A stretch of DNA of 32,000 nucleotides from Candidatus Nanopelagicales bacterium (lineage in GTDB: Bacteria > Actinomycetota > Actinomycetes > S36-B12 > CAIYMF01). This document shows positions 23,297 through 32,000 of the stretch, one piece after another. Location: NCBI GenBank assembly GCA_050251215.1, contig JBFWNE010000003.1, positions 20,704 to 52,703 on the forward strand, in the 5' to 3' direction. The notes beneath the pieces are model-generated. The model was not told the DNA's origin and searched no databases. It worked only from the letters and a program-made list of their open reading frames with translations. A program made the position numbers and the translations under genes. Position 1 is the first letter of the stretch. Each line of letters opens with the position of its first letter.

Positions 23297-24625
23297 ATGG
23301 GCAGCACCACGGATCGGGCAGAGCTCGAAGCCATCGGGATCGAGGCGTTCACCTACCTCTACCCGCTGGTCCTCATGAACCGCACGGTGCGGCAGCTCAG
23401 CAACGTCGAGCGGGTCGGCCAGGCTCCGCTGCACGCACCGATCGGCGCGTTCGTGCACGTGCCGGCGTTCCCGCCCGGCGACTTCAAGGGCGTGGTGCGG
23501 CCCAACTTCGACACCCTCTACTCCAGCGCGTTCGTGCGGCTCGACGAGCCGGTGATCCTGTCCGTGCCGGACGCCGGCGACAACTACTACCTCCTGCCGA
23601 TGTACGACATGTTCGGCGAGGTCTTCGCCTCCCCGGGCACCCGCACCACCGGCAACGGCGCCCAGCAGATCGCGATCCTCCCGCCCGGCTGGGCAGGCGA
23701 CCTGCCCGACGGCGTACGCCGGATCCGCGCGCCCCACGCCCTCATGTGGATCATCGGCCGCACCGAGGCGAGCCCGGCGACGTACGGGGCGGTCCACGCC
23801 TTCCAGGCCGGCCTGACGCTCACTCCGCTGTCCGCCTGGCCGGGCTCGGCTCCCGAGGTCGTCGGGACCGTCGACCCGGACGTCGACATGGTCACCCCGC
23901 CGCTCACCCAGGTGTTCGACCTCGACGCGCCCGCGTTCTTCGCCGAAGCGACGGGCCTGCTGGCGCAGTACCCGTCGCGGCTGTTCGACCAGACGATCCT
24001 CATGCGCCTCCAGCAGGTGGGGATCGTGGAGGGCGAGGTGCTCGACGTCGCCGCCCTCGACCCCGATGTCCAGGCGGCCCTCGCCGCCGCGGTGCCGGCC
24101 GCGCAGGCGCGCATCACCGCACGGCAGAAGTCGCTCGGCATCGAGGCCAACGGCTGGCGGATCACGTTCGAGAACATGGGCAGCTACGGCCAGGACTACC
24201 TGCAGCGCGCGACGGTCGAGCTCATCGGGCTCGGCGCCAACCTGTGCGACGACGCCATCTACCCGGTGTCGTACGTCGACGCCGACGGCCGGCCGTACTC
24301 CGGCGAGCACGCGTACGTGCTGCACTTCGAGGCCGACCAGCTCCCGCCGGCGCGCGCGTTCTGGTCGGTCACGCTGTACGACGACGAGGGGTTCCAGGTG
24401 CCGAACGCACTGAACCGCTTCGCCATCGGCGACCGCGACGCGCTGCGGTTCGGCGCGGACGGATCGCTCGACCTGCACATCCAGGCGACCGCGCCCGGCG
24501 GCGACCGCGACAGCAACTGGCTGCCGGCGCCGACGGGCTCGTTCAACCTGTGCCTGCGGATCTACTACCCGGCCCTGTCGGCGCTCGAGGGCTCCTGGTC
24601 GCCGCCCGCCGTACGCCGCGTGTGA
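23297..24625 (+). CDS. DUF1254/DUF1214 domain-containing protein
   Basis: AGGAGGGGG SD before the ATG at 23297. AFTYLYPLVLMNRT, PNFDTLYSSAF and YYLLPMYDMFGEVF (DUF1254). C-terminal FWSVTLYD...NRFAIGDRD...NWLPAP (DUF1214). Confidence 0.9.
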   Translation: MGSTTDRAELEAIGIEAFTYLYPLVLMNRTVRQLSNVERVGQAPLHAPIGAFVHVPAFPPGDFKGVVRPNFDTLYSSAFVRLDEPVILSVPDAGDNYYLLPMYDMFGEVFASPGTRTTGNGAQQIAILPPGWAGDLPDGVRRIRAPHALMWIIGRTEASPATYGAVHAFQAGLTLTPLSAWPGSAPEVVGTVDPDVDMVTPPLTQVFDLDAPAFFAEATGLLAQYPSRLFDQTILMRLQQVGIVEGEVLDVAALDPDVQAALAAAVPAAQARITARQKSLGIEANGWRITFENMGSYGQDYLQRATVELIGLGANLCDDAIYPVSYVDADGRPYSGEHAYVLHFEADQLPPARAFWSVTLYDDEGFQVPNALNRFAIGDRDALRFGADGSLDLHIQATAPGGDRDSNWLPAPTGSFNLCLRIYYPALSALEGSWSPPAVRRV

Positions 24626-24650
24626 CCCGCCCGCCTACGTCCTGACCGTT

Positions 24651-25148
24651 TCAGACGCCGAACTCGGCGAGGTCGCCGACCTCCGGCTCGCCCGCGGCGC
24701 GGGCGAAGGCCGACATCGCCTGCAGGACCAGATCGCGCTCGCCGGGGGTCAGCTCCATGACGACGCGCCCGATCTCGGCGCGCCGTCGGGCGGTCACGCG
24801 ATCGACAAGCTTGCGGCCCGACGGCGTGAGCCGGATCAAGGTCTCCCGGCGGTTCTCCGGATTCTCCGAGCGTCGCACCCACCCGGCGGACACGAGGCGG
24901 TCGGCGGTGCGGGAGAACGTCGACGCGTGCACACCGAGCGCGGCCGCCAGGTCCTGGTTGCGCAAGGGCCGGTCCGACGTGGACAGCACCACCAGTGCCC
25001 GGAACTGCGGCACGGTCACCTTGTCGAGCTCGGGCGCGATCGACCGGGCGACCACTGCCAGCAGTGCTCGCGACGCGGTGAGCAGCGCTGCTGCCGTCTC
25101 GTCGGAATCCGCCACGGCCCCATCGTGCCCTGATCGTCCGTGCCTCAT
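24651..25148 (-). CDS. MarR family transcriptional regulator
   Basis: 165 aa. Winged HTH (VTVPQFRALVVL...LRNQDLAAALGVHASTFSRTADRLVSAGWVRR...DRRETLIRLTPSGRKL). Confidence 0.92.
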   Translation of the reverse strand: MRHGRSGHDGAVADSDETAAALLTASRALLAVVARSIAPELDKVTVPQFRALVVLSTSDRPLRNQDLAAALGVHASTFSRTADRLVSAGWVRRSENPENRRETLIRLTPSGRKLVDRVTARRRAEIGRVVMELTPGERDLVLQAMSAFARAAGEPEVGDLAEFGV

Positions 25149-25206
25149 GCGCGCACGCCACGCATGCTATGGTGCATCAGTTGCTGTCATACATGAAAGC
25201 GAGCAC

Positions 25207-25695
25207 ATGGCGACGACCGACGATCCCGATCCGGCAGGGCGCGGCCCCGGCCTGTGGCGCGGGGCCGGGATCTTGGTGCTCGTGGTGCTGCTCGTCGCCG
25301 GCGTCGCCCGGTTCATGCGCCAGGACGTCGTGTCCAGCTGGCGGCTGCTCGCGTCGTGCACGGCGTCCGCGGACGTCGAGGTCCAGGCCGTGTCCACCAG
25401 CCTTTCCACCCGAGCCTGTGCGAGCCCGGCCGCGCGGACAGACGTGGCCCGCGGCTGGCCGGTCGTGACGTTCGTGCTCCCGTCCTCGGCCGGGACGCGC
25501 CCGACCATCCGCGCCGTGCGCGCGGACAGCGGCGCGCGCTCGATGTGGGTCGAGTACGAGGTCCGAGGGGACGGCCGGGCCGGCAGCGATGTGGTGCTCG
25601 CGTTCGTCGAGGTGCCGCCCAACGCGCTCCCGCCGCTGCCGTTCACCGTCCGCGGGGCCACCGGCCTGCTCACCGTCGAGACGATCCCGGGATGA
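25207..25695 (+). CDS. hypothetical membrane-anchored protein (162 aa)
   Basis: The ATG at 25207 lies 58 nt from the divergent MarR start. N-terminal TM anchor (GILVLVVLLVAGVARF). Its stop overlaps the ClC start (ATGA). Confidence 0.55.
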   Translation: MATTDDPDPAGRGPGLWRGAGILVLVVLLVAGVARFMRQDVVSSWRLLASCTASADVEVQAVSTSLSTRACASPAARTDVARGWPVVTFVLPSSAGTRPTIRAVRADSGARSMWVEYEVRGDGRAGSDVVLAFVEVPPNALPPLPFTVRGATGLLTVETIPG

Positions 25696-27083
25696 GCGCC
25701 CGCATGCGCGCCGCCGCCCGCACGCTGCACCGGTACGGCGGGCAACCGCGCCTGCTCTGGCTGTCGCTGCTCGTCGGCATCGTTGCGGGGCTGGGGGCGC
25801 TCGCGTTCTCGTGGGCGCTCGCGGCCGCCACGCAGCTCCTGCTCGTCGACCTGGGCGGCTACACGCCCGCGACGACCCTCGGCGAGGGCACCGGGGCCGC
25901 GGCGTCGTCCTTCGAGCGCCCGTGGGCCATCCCCCTCGTCGTGGGGCTCGGCGGCCTGGTCGCCGGGATCCTCGTCCAGACCTGGGCCCCCGAGGCGGAG
26001 GGGCACGGCACCGATGCCGCCATCGCGGCCGTGCACCACGACCCCACCGGAATCCGGCTCCGGGCCGTGCTCGTCAAGCTCGTGGCATCGGCCATCACGA
26101 TCGGATCGGGCGGCTCGGGCGGCCGCGAGGGCCCTACCGCGCAGATCAGCGCGGGCACGGCGTCCGCGCTCGCCCGCTGGCTCCGCCTGCCGCACAGCAC
26201 CGGGCGGCTCCTCGTCACCGCGGGCATGGCCGCGGGCATCGCGTCGATCTTCCGGGCCCCCCTCGGCGGCGCCCTGCTCGGCGTCGAGCTGCTCTACCGC
26301 GACGACCTCGAGTCGGACGCCCTGCTGCCGAGCCTCTTCGCCTCGGTCACGGGGTATCTGGTGTACGGCTCGGTCGCCGGGTTCACGCCGATCTTCGGCG
26401 ATCAGAGCGCGGTCGCCTTCAGCGGAGCCACCCAGTTCGTGTTCTTCGCCGTCCTCGGCCTTGCAGCCGGTCTGCTCGCCCGCCTGTACGCCGGCAGCTT
26501 CTACGGCGTCGCCGCGGCGGCCCGCCGGGTCGTGCTCCCCCGGTGGCTGCTGCCGGCGATCGGCGGGGTCCTCGTCGGGTTCCTCGGGCTCGCCGTGCCG
26601 GGCGTGCTGGGCACCGGGTACGGGACCGTCCAGGCGTTCTTCTCGGCAGACAACGTCCTCGCCGTGCCGCTCCTGCTCGTCCTCGTGGTCCCGGTCGCCA
26701 AGATCCTCGCCACGAGCCTGTCGATCGGGTCGGGCGGCTCCGGCGGCATCTTCGGCCCGGGGATGGTGATCGGGGGCACCCTCGGTGCCGCCGTGTGGCG
26801 GCTGCTGCACGAGATCGCTCCCGGGACCCCGTTCGATGCAGCCGTCGGCCCGTCCCCCGGCATCTACGTCGCCGTCGGCATGGTCGCGGTCTTCGGCGCC
26901 ATCTCCCACGCGCCGCTCGCCATGATCGTGATGGTGGCGGAGATGACCCAGAACCTCGCGGTCGTGCCCGGCGCCATGCTGGCCCTCGTCGTGGCGTCCC
27001 TGATCGTCGGCGAGCGCACGATCTACCGGAGCCAGCTCGCCGCCCGGAGCGACCTGCCGCGGCCCGAGCCGGTTCAGGTGTAG
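25692..27083 (+). CDS. voltage-gated chloride channel (ClC) family protein
   Basis: GSGGREGP and GGIFGPGMVIGG selectivity-filter motifs. Multiple TM segments. Confidence 0.93.
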   Translation: MSARMRAAARTLHRYGGQPRLLWLSLLVGIVAGLGALAFSWALAAATQLLLVDLGGYTPATTLGEGTGAAASSFERPWAIPLVVGLGGLVAGILVQTWAPEAEGHGTDAAIAAVHHDPTGIRLRAVLVKLVASAITIGSGGSGGREGPTAQISAGTASALARWLRLPHSTGRLLVTAGMAAGIASIFRAPLGGALLGVELLYRDDLESDALLPSLFASVTGYLVYGSVAGFTPIFGDQSAVAFSGATQFVFFAVLGLAAGLLARLYAGSFYGVAAAARRVVLPRWLLPAIGGVLVGFLGLAVPGVLGTGYGTVQAFFSADNVLAVPLLLVLVVPVAKILATSLSIGSGGSGGIFGPGMVIGGTLGAAVWRLLHEIAPGTPFDAAVGPSPGIYVAVGMVAVFGAISHAPLAMIVMVAEMTQNLAVVPGAMLALVVASLIVGERTIYRSQLAARSDLPRPEPVQV

Positions 27084-28363
27084 CGCAGCAGGAGATACGG
27101 CACGCAGATCGCGATCGACATCGCCGCCGTCGGGATGCCGTACTTCAGCCACTGCGCGAAGGAGATGTGCAGCCCGTTGCGCGCCGCGATGCCGACGATG
27201 ACCACGTTGGCGCTCGCGCCCACCAGCGTCGCGTTGCCGCCGAGGTCGGCACCGAGCGCGAGGGCCCACCAGAGCCCGCCGTCCTGCCCGAGCGCCGGGT
27301 ACGTCGTGACCAGCGAGTCCACCACCGGCGACATCGCGGCGACGTACGGGATGTTGTCGACGATCGCCGAGATCACCGCGGAGGCCACGAGGATGAGCGA
27401 CAACGTGGGCCCCGGGGCGCCGCCCGTCGCTCCCGCCACGACGTCCGCGAGCGCCTGCAGCGCACCGACGTGCACGAGCGCGCCGACCAGCACGAAGAGC
27501 CCCATGAAGAAGAGCAGGGTCTCCCACTCCACGTCCTCGACAAGGTCCTGCGGCCGCAGGGGCGAGAGCAGGATGAGCACCCCGGCACCGACGATGGCGA
27601 CCACGGACGGCGCGACGCCGGTCTGACGCTGGAGCAGGAACCCCACCAGGATGAGGGCGAGCACCGCCCCGCTGCGGCGCAGGAGGCGGTGGTCGGTGAT
27701 CGCCTCGCGCTCGTCGAGCGCCATGAGGGCCGTCGCCCGGCTCGGGTCGCCCACGAGCGCCGACCGGAAGAGCACCCGCGCGAGCAGGAGGAACGCCGCC
27801 AGGATCACGAGCACGATCGGCGCGAGGTGGACGAGGAAGTCGGTGAACGTCAGCCCCGCGCGGCTGCCGATGATGATGTTCGGCGGGTCGCCGACGAGCG
27901 TCGCCGTGCCGCCGATGTTGGAGGCCAGCGCCTCGGCGATGAGGAAGGGCACCGGGGTCAGCCCGAGCCGGTCGCACACGAGCAGGGTGACGGGGGCGAC
28001 GAGCAGGACGGTGGTCACGTTGTCGAGCAGCGCCGACGCGACCGCCGTCACGAGCACGAGCAGCACGAGGACGCGGTAGGGGCGCCCGCGCGCGAGCTTG
28101 GCCGACCGGATGGCGAGGAACTCGAACACGCCGGTGCGCCGTACGACCCCGACGACCAGCATCATCCCCAGCAGCAGGAAGATGACGTCCCAGTCGATGC
28201 CGGTCTCGTGGGAGTAGAACGCCTCTTCCGAGCGGACGATCCCGAGCGCCAGCACCAGTGCTGCGCCGCCGAGCGCGGCCGCTACCCGGTGGATGCGCTC
28301 GGTGGCGATGAGGATGTAGACGCCGACGAACAGACCGACGGCGAGCCAGGCGACCGGCGTCAT
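27074..28363 (-). CDS. ArsB/NhaD superfamily anion permease (YbiR / citrate-transporter-like)
   Basis: 429 aa with more than 10 TM segments and internal repeat architecture. Has the N-terminal pattern (VGVYILIATERIHRVAAALGGA) typical of this family. ATGA overlap with the upstream CBS gene. 10-nt convergent overlap with the ClC gene. Confidence 0.88.
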   Translation of the reverse strand: MTPVAWLAVGLFVGVYILIATERIHRVAAALGGAALVLALGIVRSEEAFYSHETGIDWDVIFLLLGMMLVVGVVRRTGVFEFLAIRSAKLARGRPYRVLVLLVLVTAVASALLDNVTTVLLVAPVTLLVCDRLGLTPVPFLIAEALASNIGGTATLVGDPPNIIIGSRAGLTFTDFLVHLAPIVLVILAAFLLLARVLFRSALVGDPSRATALMALDEREAITDHRLLRRSGAVLALILVGFLLQRQTGVAPSVVAIVGAGVLILLSPLRPQDLVEDVEWETLLFFMGLFVLVGALVHVGALQALADVVAGATGGAPGPTLSLILVASAVISAIVDNIPYVAAMSPVVDSLVTTYPALGQDGGLWWALALGADLGGNATLVGASANVVIVGIAARNGLHISFAQWLKYGIPTAAMSIAICVPYLLLRYT

Positions 28364-28806
28364 CCGACCAGCCGGTCCACGATGACGTTGACGCTCACGA
28401 CGCCGAGGAACCTGCCGTTGTCCACAACGGCGACGAGGGGTACGTGCGCGGCCGACAGGACCGCCGCGATCTCGAGGAGCGTCGCGTCGCCGTCCACGGC
28501 GGTGGTCCGCGTCCGCGAGGGGCGTTCGAGGGCGTCGACGAGGTCGGCGACCGTGAGGTGGGCGAGCGTCGAGGCGAGGTCGTCCGAGGACGCCTCGTCC
28601 CAGACCCGGGCCAGCGACGGGTCGTCGCGCACGTACGTGGGCACGGCGACGCGCAGGACCTGCGACGCCGGGACCACGACGTACTCGTGCCCGAGGTCCA
28701 CCACGAGGCCGGGCAGGCCCGCCGACACGAGCAGCCGGAGGGCATCGCTGAGCCGCTGGGACGGCTCGATCAGGGGCGCCGGCACGGCGAGGTCGCGGGC
28801 TCTCAC
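28360..28806 (-). CDS. CBS domain pair protein (148 aa)
   Basis: Two CBS-like units (PLIEPSQRLSDALRLLVSAGLPGLVV and DGDATLLEIAAVLSAAHVPLVAVVDNGRFLGVVS). The GTG at 28806 is the first start after the stop of the diguanylate cyclase gene. Confidence 0.78.
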   Translation of the reverse strand: MRARDLAVPAPLIEPSQRLSDALRLLVSAGLPGLVVDLGHEYVVVPASQVLRVAVPTYVRDDPSLARVWDEASSDDLASTLAHLTVADLVDALERPSRTRTTAVDGDATLLEIAAVLSAAHVPLVAVVDNGRFLGVVSVNVIVDRLVG

Positions 28807-28838
28807 ACGGCGAGTCTGCCCGACGGGTCGCTCCGGCG

Positions 28839-31013
28839 TCAGGACGGGGAGGTCGGCGCGGCCTCGAGCATCACGCCGCCGCCGGACTTCTTGGCCGCGT
28901 AGCAGGCCCGGTCGGCGAGGGTCACGAGCTCGTCGGCGTGCGGGGGCTCGGGCCCCACGATGGGCACGGCCCCGATGCTCGCCGCCACCGCGAGGTCGTG
29001 CTCGCCCGCGCGCACCGACACCTCCGAGATCGCGGCCAGCATCCGGCGGGCGATGTCCAGTCCGCGCTCGACGCCGCAGTCGTGCAGGATCACGGCGAAC
29101 TCGTCGCCGCCGACGCGTGCGACCACGTCGCGCTTGCGCACCTGGCGCTGCATCGCGGCGGCGACGAGCTGCAGCAGCGCGTCGCCGGCGTCGTGCCCGC
29201 CGCGGTCGTTGACGCTCTTGAACCCGTCGAGGTCGACGTACATCAGGAAGTGCTCCTGGCCCTCCTCGACCGTACGGTCGCGCGCGACCCGGAGCGCGTG
29301 CCGGAACCCGCGGCGGTTGTACAGGTCGGTGAGCGGGTCGTGCTCTGCCTCGTACGTCGAGGACTCGGCGTCGCGCCGCGCCTGCCGCTCCAGGCCCGTG
29401 ACCAGCAGCAGGAACACCTCGAGCAGGCCGACGACGAGCACCGCCCCGAGCAGGAGCGCGGGCACGTTCGAGGTGCGCACATCGTCGACCGCGTACGTCG
29501 CGGTGGTCACGTCGAGCGCCCACGTGCGGCCGTTCGCCTCGAGCGCCACCCGGCGAGGCTCGCCGGCGCCGCCGCTGAGGTCGGCGTCGTGCCGACCGAG
29601 CTCGACGGGCAGCAGCGGGTTCGTCACGTCGGTCAGCACGATGCGGCTGCCCTCCCAGACCGGGTCGGAGAACGTCTCTGCCACGAGGTCGCCGAGCCGG
29701 TAGACGCCGACGGCGAAGCCGAGCACGCGCGCGCGACGCTCCTGGGCGTTGCTGGGAGGCGGGTCGCCCGAGAACACGGGCAGGAGGACGAGCATGCCCT
29801 GCTGAGTCCCGTCGCCCTGCACGAGCTCGATCGGCGGCGTCGCCGTCGGACTGCCGGTCGCGATCGCCTCGAGCGCGGCCTGGGCCCGCTCCGGGTCGGA
29901 CAGGATGTCGAAGCCGAGGGCCGGGAGGTTGCTGGCCAGCGGCTCGATGTAGGCGACCGGCACGTACGTGCGCCGGTCCCCGGCCGGCACCAGGGCGCCG
30001 CTGGAGTCCTTCTCGGTGATCGCGTAGGACCCGAAGCCGGGCTGCTCGCGCTCAGCCGCGAGGAACGCCCCGAGGTCGCTGCGACGCAGGTAGGGGTTCC
30101 AGGACACCGCCTGCAGCGAGGAGTGCCGCTCGAGCGAGGCGCGGGTGAACGCCCGGAACTCCGAGGCCTCGACGAAGTCGGAGGCGTTGACGAACGCTCC
30201 GATGCCGCGCAGCACCTCGCCGTGCACCTCGACCGACGCCTGCAGATCGGCCGCCGCCTCCCCGGCCAGCTGCTGCTCGCGCAGGCCCACGCGGCGCTGC
30301 TCGAGATCGCGGTTGGACACGAAGGCGGTGAGCAGGATGAGCGTCACGACCAGCGACGGCGCCGCCACCTTCCAGCGGCGGTCGTGCCAGACGTCGGCCT
30401 GGTCCGGCAGCAGCATGAGCGTGAGGGGGGCGAAGACCATGACGCCCATCGAGTCGCCGGCCCACCAGGTCGCCCAGCCGACCAGCGCCTCGCTCGGCTC
30501 GATGACGCCCGTGAGCAGCTGCGCCGCGACGCCGACCGTGCTGTTGACGAGGCAGGCGAGGGGCCCGGCCAGGAGCAGGAACCAGGAGATCTGGCCCGCG
30601 CGCGACAGGCTGACGTGCCTGCCCAGCCGGCGCGTCACCAGCTCGGAGCCGAGGAGCGCCTGCAGGGCGGCGCCCGCGCCGATGAGCCCGGCGGTGAGCG
30701 CGATCGCCCCGATGCCGAAGTCCTCGCCGGCGAGGGTCGTCGCGTTGACGACGAACGAGCCGAGCAGCACGCCGACGGCGACGGCGCGGCCGCCCTGGTA
30801 GACGAGCGCGAACGCGATGCCTGCTGCGGGCCAGAGCGGCGCCGCGAGCCCCGTGTAGGCGGCGAGCCCGAGCGTGACGAGGCCGGCTGCGGCGTACAGC
30901 CCCGCCGCGGCCGCGACGGCGACCGCGCCGTACGGCCCAGCGCCGGGATCCTTGGCCAGCGGTCCACCCCCTCGACATGACGCCGGCCCGGGCCGGCGGG
31001 TTCGCCGGAGCAA
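28839..31013 (-). CDS. membrane sensor diguanylate cyclase (MASE1 - CHASE - TM - GGDEF)
   Basis: N-terminal MASE1-like helices (LWPAAGIAFALVYQGG). Periplasmic CHASE-like region (LQAVSWNPYLRRSDLGAFLAAE). GGDEF domain (DPLTDLYNRRGF, DLDGFKSVND, RVGGDEFAV). The only in-frame start is the TTG at 31013, so the start is uncertain. Confidence 0.9.
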   Translation of the reverse strand: MLRRTRRPGPASCRGGGPLAKDPGAGPYGAVAVAAAAGLYAAAGLVTLGLAAYTGLAAPLWPAAGIAFALVYQGGRAVAVGVLLGSFVVNATTLAGEDFGIGAIALTAGLIGAGAALQALLGSELVTRRLGRHVSLSRAGQISWFLLLAGPLACLVNSTVGVAAQLLTGVIEPSEALVGWATWWAGDSMGVMVFAPLTLMLLPDQADVWHDRRWKVAAPSLVVTLILLTAFVSNRDLEQRRVGLREQQLAGEAAADLQASVEVHGEVLRGIGAFVNASDFVEASEFRAFTRASLERHSSLQAVSWNPYLRRSDLGAFLAAEREQPGFGSYAITEKDSSGALVPAGDRRTYVPVAYIEPLASNLPALGFDILSDPERAQAALEAIATGSPTATPPIELVQGDGTQQGMLVLLPVFSGDPPPSNAQERRARVLGFAVGVYRLGDLVAETFSDPVWEGSRIVLTDVTNPLLPVELGRHDADLSGGAGEPRRVALEANGRTWALDVTTATYAVDDVRTSNVPALLLGAVLVVGLLEVFLLLVTGLERQARRDAESSTYEAEHDPLTDLYNRRGFRHALRVARDRTVEEGQEHFLMYVDLDGFKSVNDRGGHDAGDALLQLVAAAMQRQVRKRDVVARVGGDEFAVILHDCGVERGLDIARRMLAAISEVSVRAGEHDLAVAASIGAVPIVGPEPPHADELVTLADRACYAAKKSGGGVMLEAAPTSPS

Positions 31014-31147
31014 GTCTTTCCCTCGACCGCGTGCGGTGTCTCGACGACCACGGCATCCGCACTGCCGGGGCGGATACCCCCTGGGGTGTCGGCAAGGTCA
31101 CGCCCCATCGCCAGGACTGCGCAGGCCCCGAGTTCTAGCGTCGAGAC

Positions 31148-32000
31148 GTGACCACCGCCGACCTGCGCACCGACTCGCCCATCCGCTGGAACGCCGCGAC
31201 CGAGGAGTGGGAGACCACGCTGCGGGGCCGCGCGGTCCTCGCCGAACCGCGCCTCAACAAGGGCACGGCGTTCACCCACGAGGAGCGCGAGGCGCTCGGG
31301 CTGGTCGGGCTGCTGCCCCCGCGCGAGCTGACCCTCGAGCAGCAGGCCAGCCGCGCCTACCTGCAGTACCTCGACCAGCCGACGGACCTCGCCAAGAACG
31401 TCTTCCTCACCGCGCTCCACGACCGCAACGAGGTGCTGTTCTTCCGGATGCTCGGCCGCCACCTGCCGGAGATGCTCCCCATCGTCTACACACCGACCGT
31501 GGGCGAGGCCATCCAGCGCTACAGCCACGAGTACCGCCGCCCGCGCGGGGTGTACCTGTCGATCGAGGACCCGGACGGCATCGAGGCGGCGCTGCTCGCC
31601 TCAGGCCGGGGCCCGGACGACGTCGACCTCATCATCGCGACCGACGCCGAGGGCATCCTCGGGATCGGCGACTGGGGCGTGGGCGGCATCGAGATCGCGG
31701 TCGGCAAGCTCAACGTCTACACCGCCGCAGCCGGCATCAATCCGGCGCGCACCCTGGCCGTGATGCTCGACGTGGGCACCGACCGCGAGGAGCTGCTCGA
31801 GGATCCGCTGTACCTCGGCGTCGGCCACCCGCGGGTCGGGCGCGAGGAGTACGACGCGTTCATCGACCGCTACGTGCAAGCCGCCAGCCGGCTCTTCCCG
31901 CACGCGATCCTGCACTGGGAGGACTTCGGCACGAGCAACGCCCGCCGCATCCTCGACCGCTACCGCGAGTCCGCGCTCACCTTCAACGACGACATGCAGG
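31148..32000 (+). CDS. NAD(P)-dependent malic enzyme, N-terminal part (3' end outside window)
   Basis: Absent from the ORF track because it runs off the window. The GTG at 31148 is the first start after an in-frame TAG at 31136. [36 protein letters not shown] and [25 protein letters not shown] are classic malic enzyme motifs. Confidence 0.9.
   Translation, partial: MTTADLRTDSPIRWNAATEEWETTLRGRAVLAEPRLNKGTAFTHEEREALGLVGLLPPRELTLEQQASRAYLQYLDQPTDLAKNVFLTALHDRNEVLFFRMLGRHLPEMLPIVYTPTVGEAIQRYSHEYRRPRGVYLSIEDPDGIEAALLASGRGPDDVDLIIATDAEGILGIGDWGVGGIEIAVGKLNVYTAAAGINPARTLAVMLDVGTDREELLEDPLYLGVGHPRVGREEYDAFIDRYVQAASRLFPHAILHWEDFGTSNARRILDRYRESALTFNDDMQ

Noticed and set aside
25167-29212. 936-aa minus-strand and 1207-aa plus-strand ORFs spanning the ClC and permease region
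   Set aside because: Both are extremely Arg/Pro/Gly/Asp-rich and low complexity. They overlap genes with clear ClC (GSGGREGP, GGIFGP), ArsB/NhaD and CBS signatures in other frames.
1-32000. CRISPR arrays, rRNA genes, tRNA genes, retron or DGR-type elements, IS transposases
   Set aside because: No regularly spaced direct repeats, no conserved rRNA or tRNA sequence blocks, and no reverse-transcriptase or DDE-transposase motifs were seen in any frame.

Overview
High-GC (about 70%) actinobacterial-type chromosomal segment; gene calls rest on family motifs read by eye, GC3 bias, SD sequences and start/stop overlaps, with no database search. It has three parts. (i) nt 1-3021 is a redox/regulatory neighbourhood: the 3' part of a pyridine nucleotide-disulfide oxidoreductase, two small thioredoxin-fold proteins, a Crp/Fnr regulator, a small membrane protein and an NrtS-like protein. 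(ii) nt ~3022-22296 is a ~19 kb accessory island. It carries an uncharacterised membrane-protein operon, three large tyrosine recombinases in a compact but non-canonical arrangement, and a 9 kb co-directional minus-strand array. That array runs small TM protein, hsdM, hsdS, hsdR (complete Type I R-M, IC-like), an RHH-like/Cys protein, a NucS-like PD-(D/E)xK nuclease with a RAMA/DUF4357-like C-terminus, and an FRG-domain protein. A divergent 334-aa protein of unknown function follows. (iii) nt 22297-32000 holds ordinary metabolic, transport and signalling genes: ornithine cyclodeaminase family, DUF1254/DUF1214, MarR, ClC channel, ArsB/NhaD permease, CBS protein, MASE1-CHASE-GGDEF diguanylate cyclase, and the 5' part of a malic enzyme. 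No rRNA, tRNA or CRISPR array was recognised. The best candidates for an undescribed system are the translationally coupled nuclease-RAMA + FRG pair just downstream of hsdR, and the 454-aa membrane protein + 55-aa basic protein pair next to the recombinase trio. Many long ORFs in the six-frame track are out-of-frame or antisense shadows typical of high-GC DNA and are not called.
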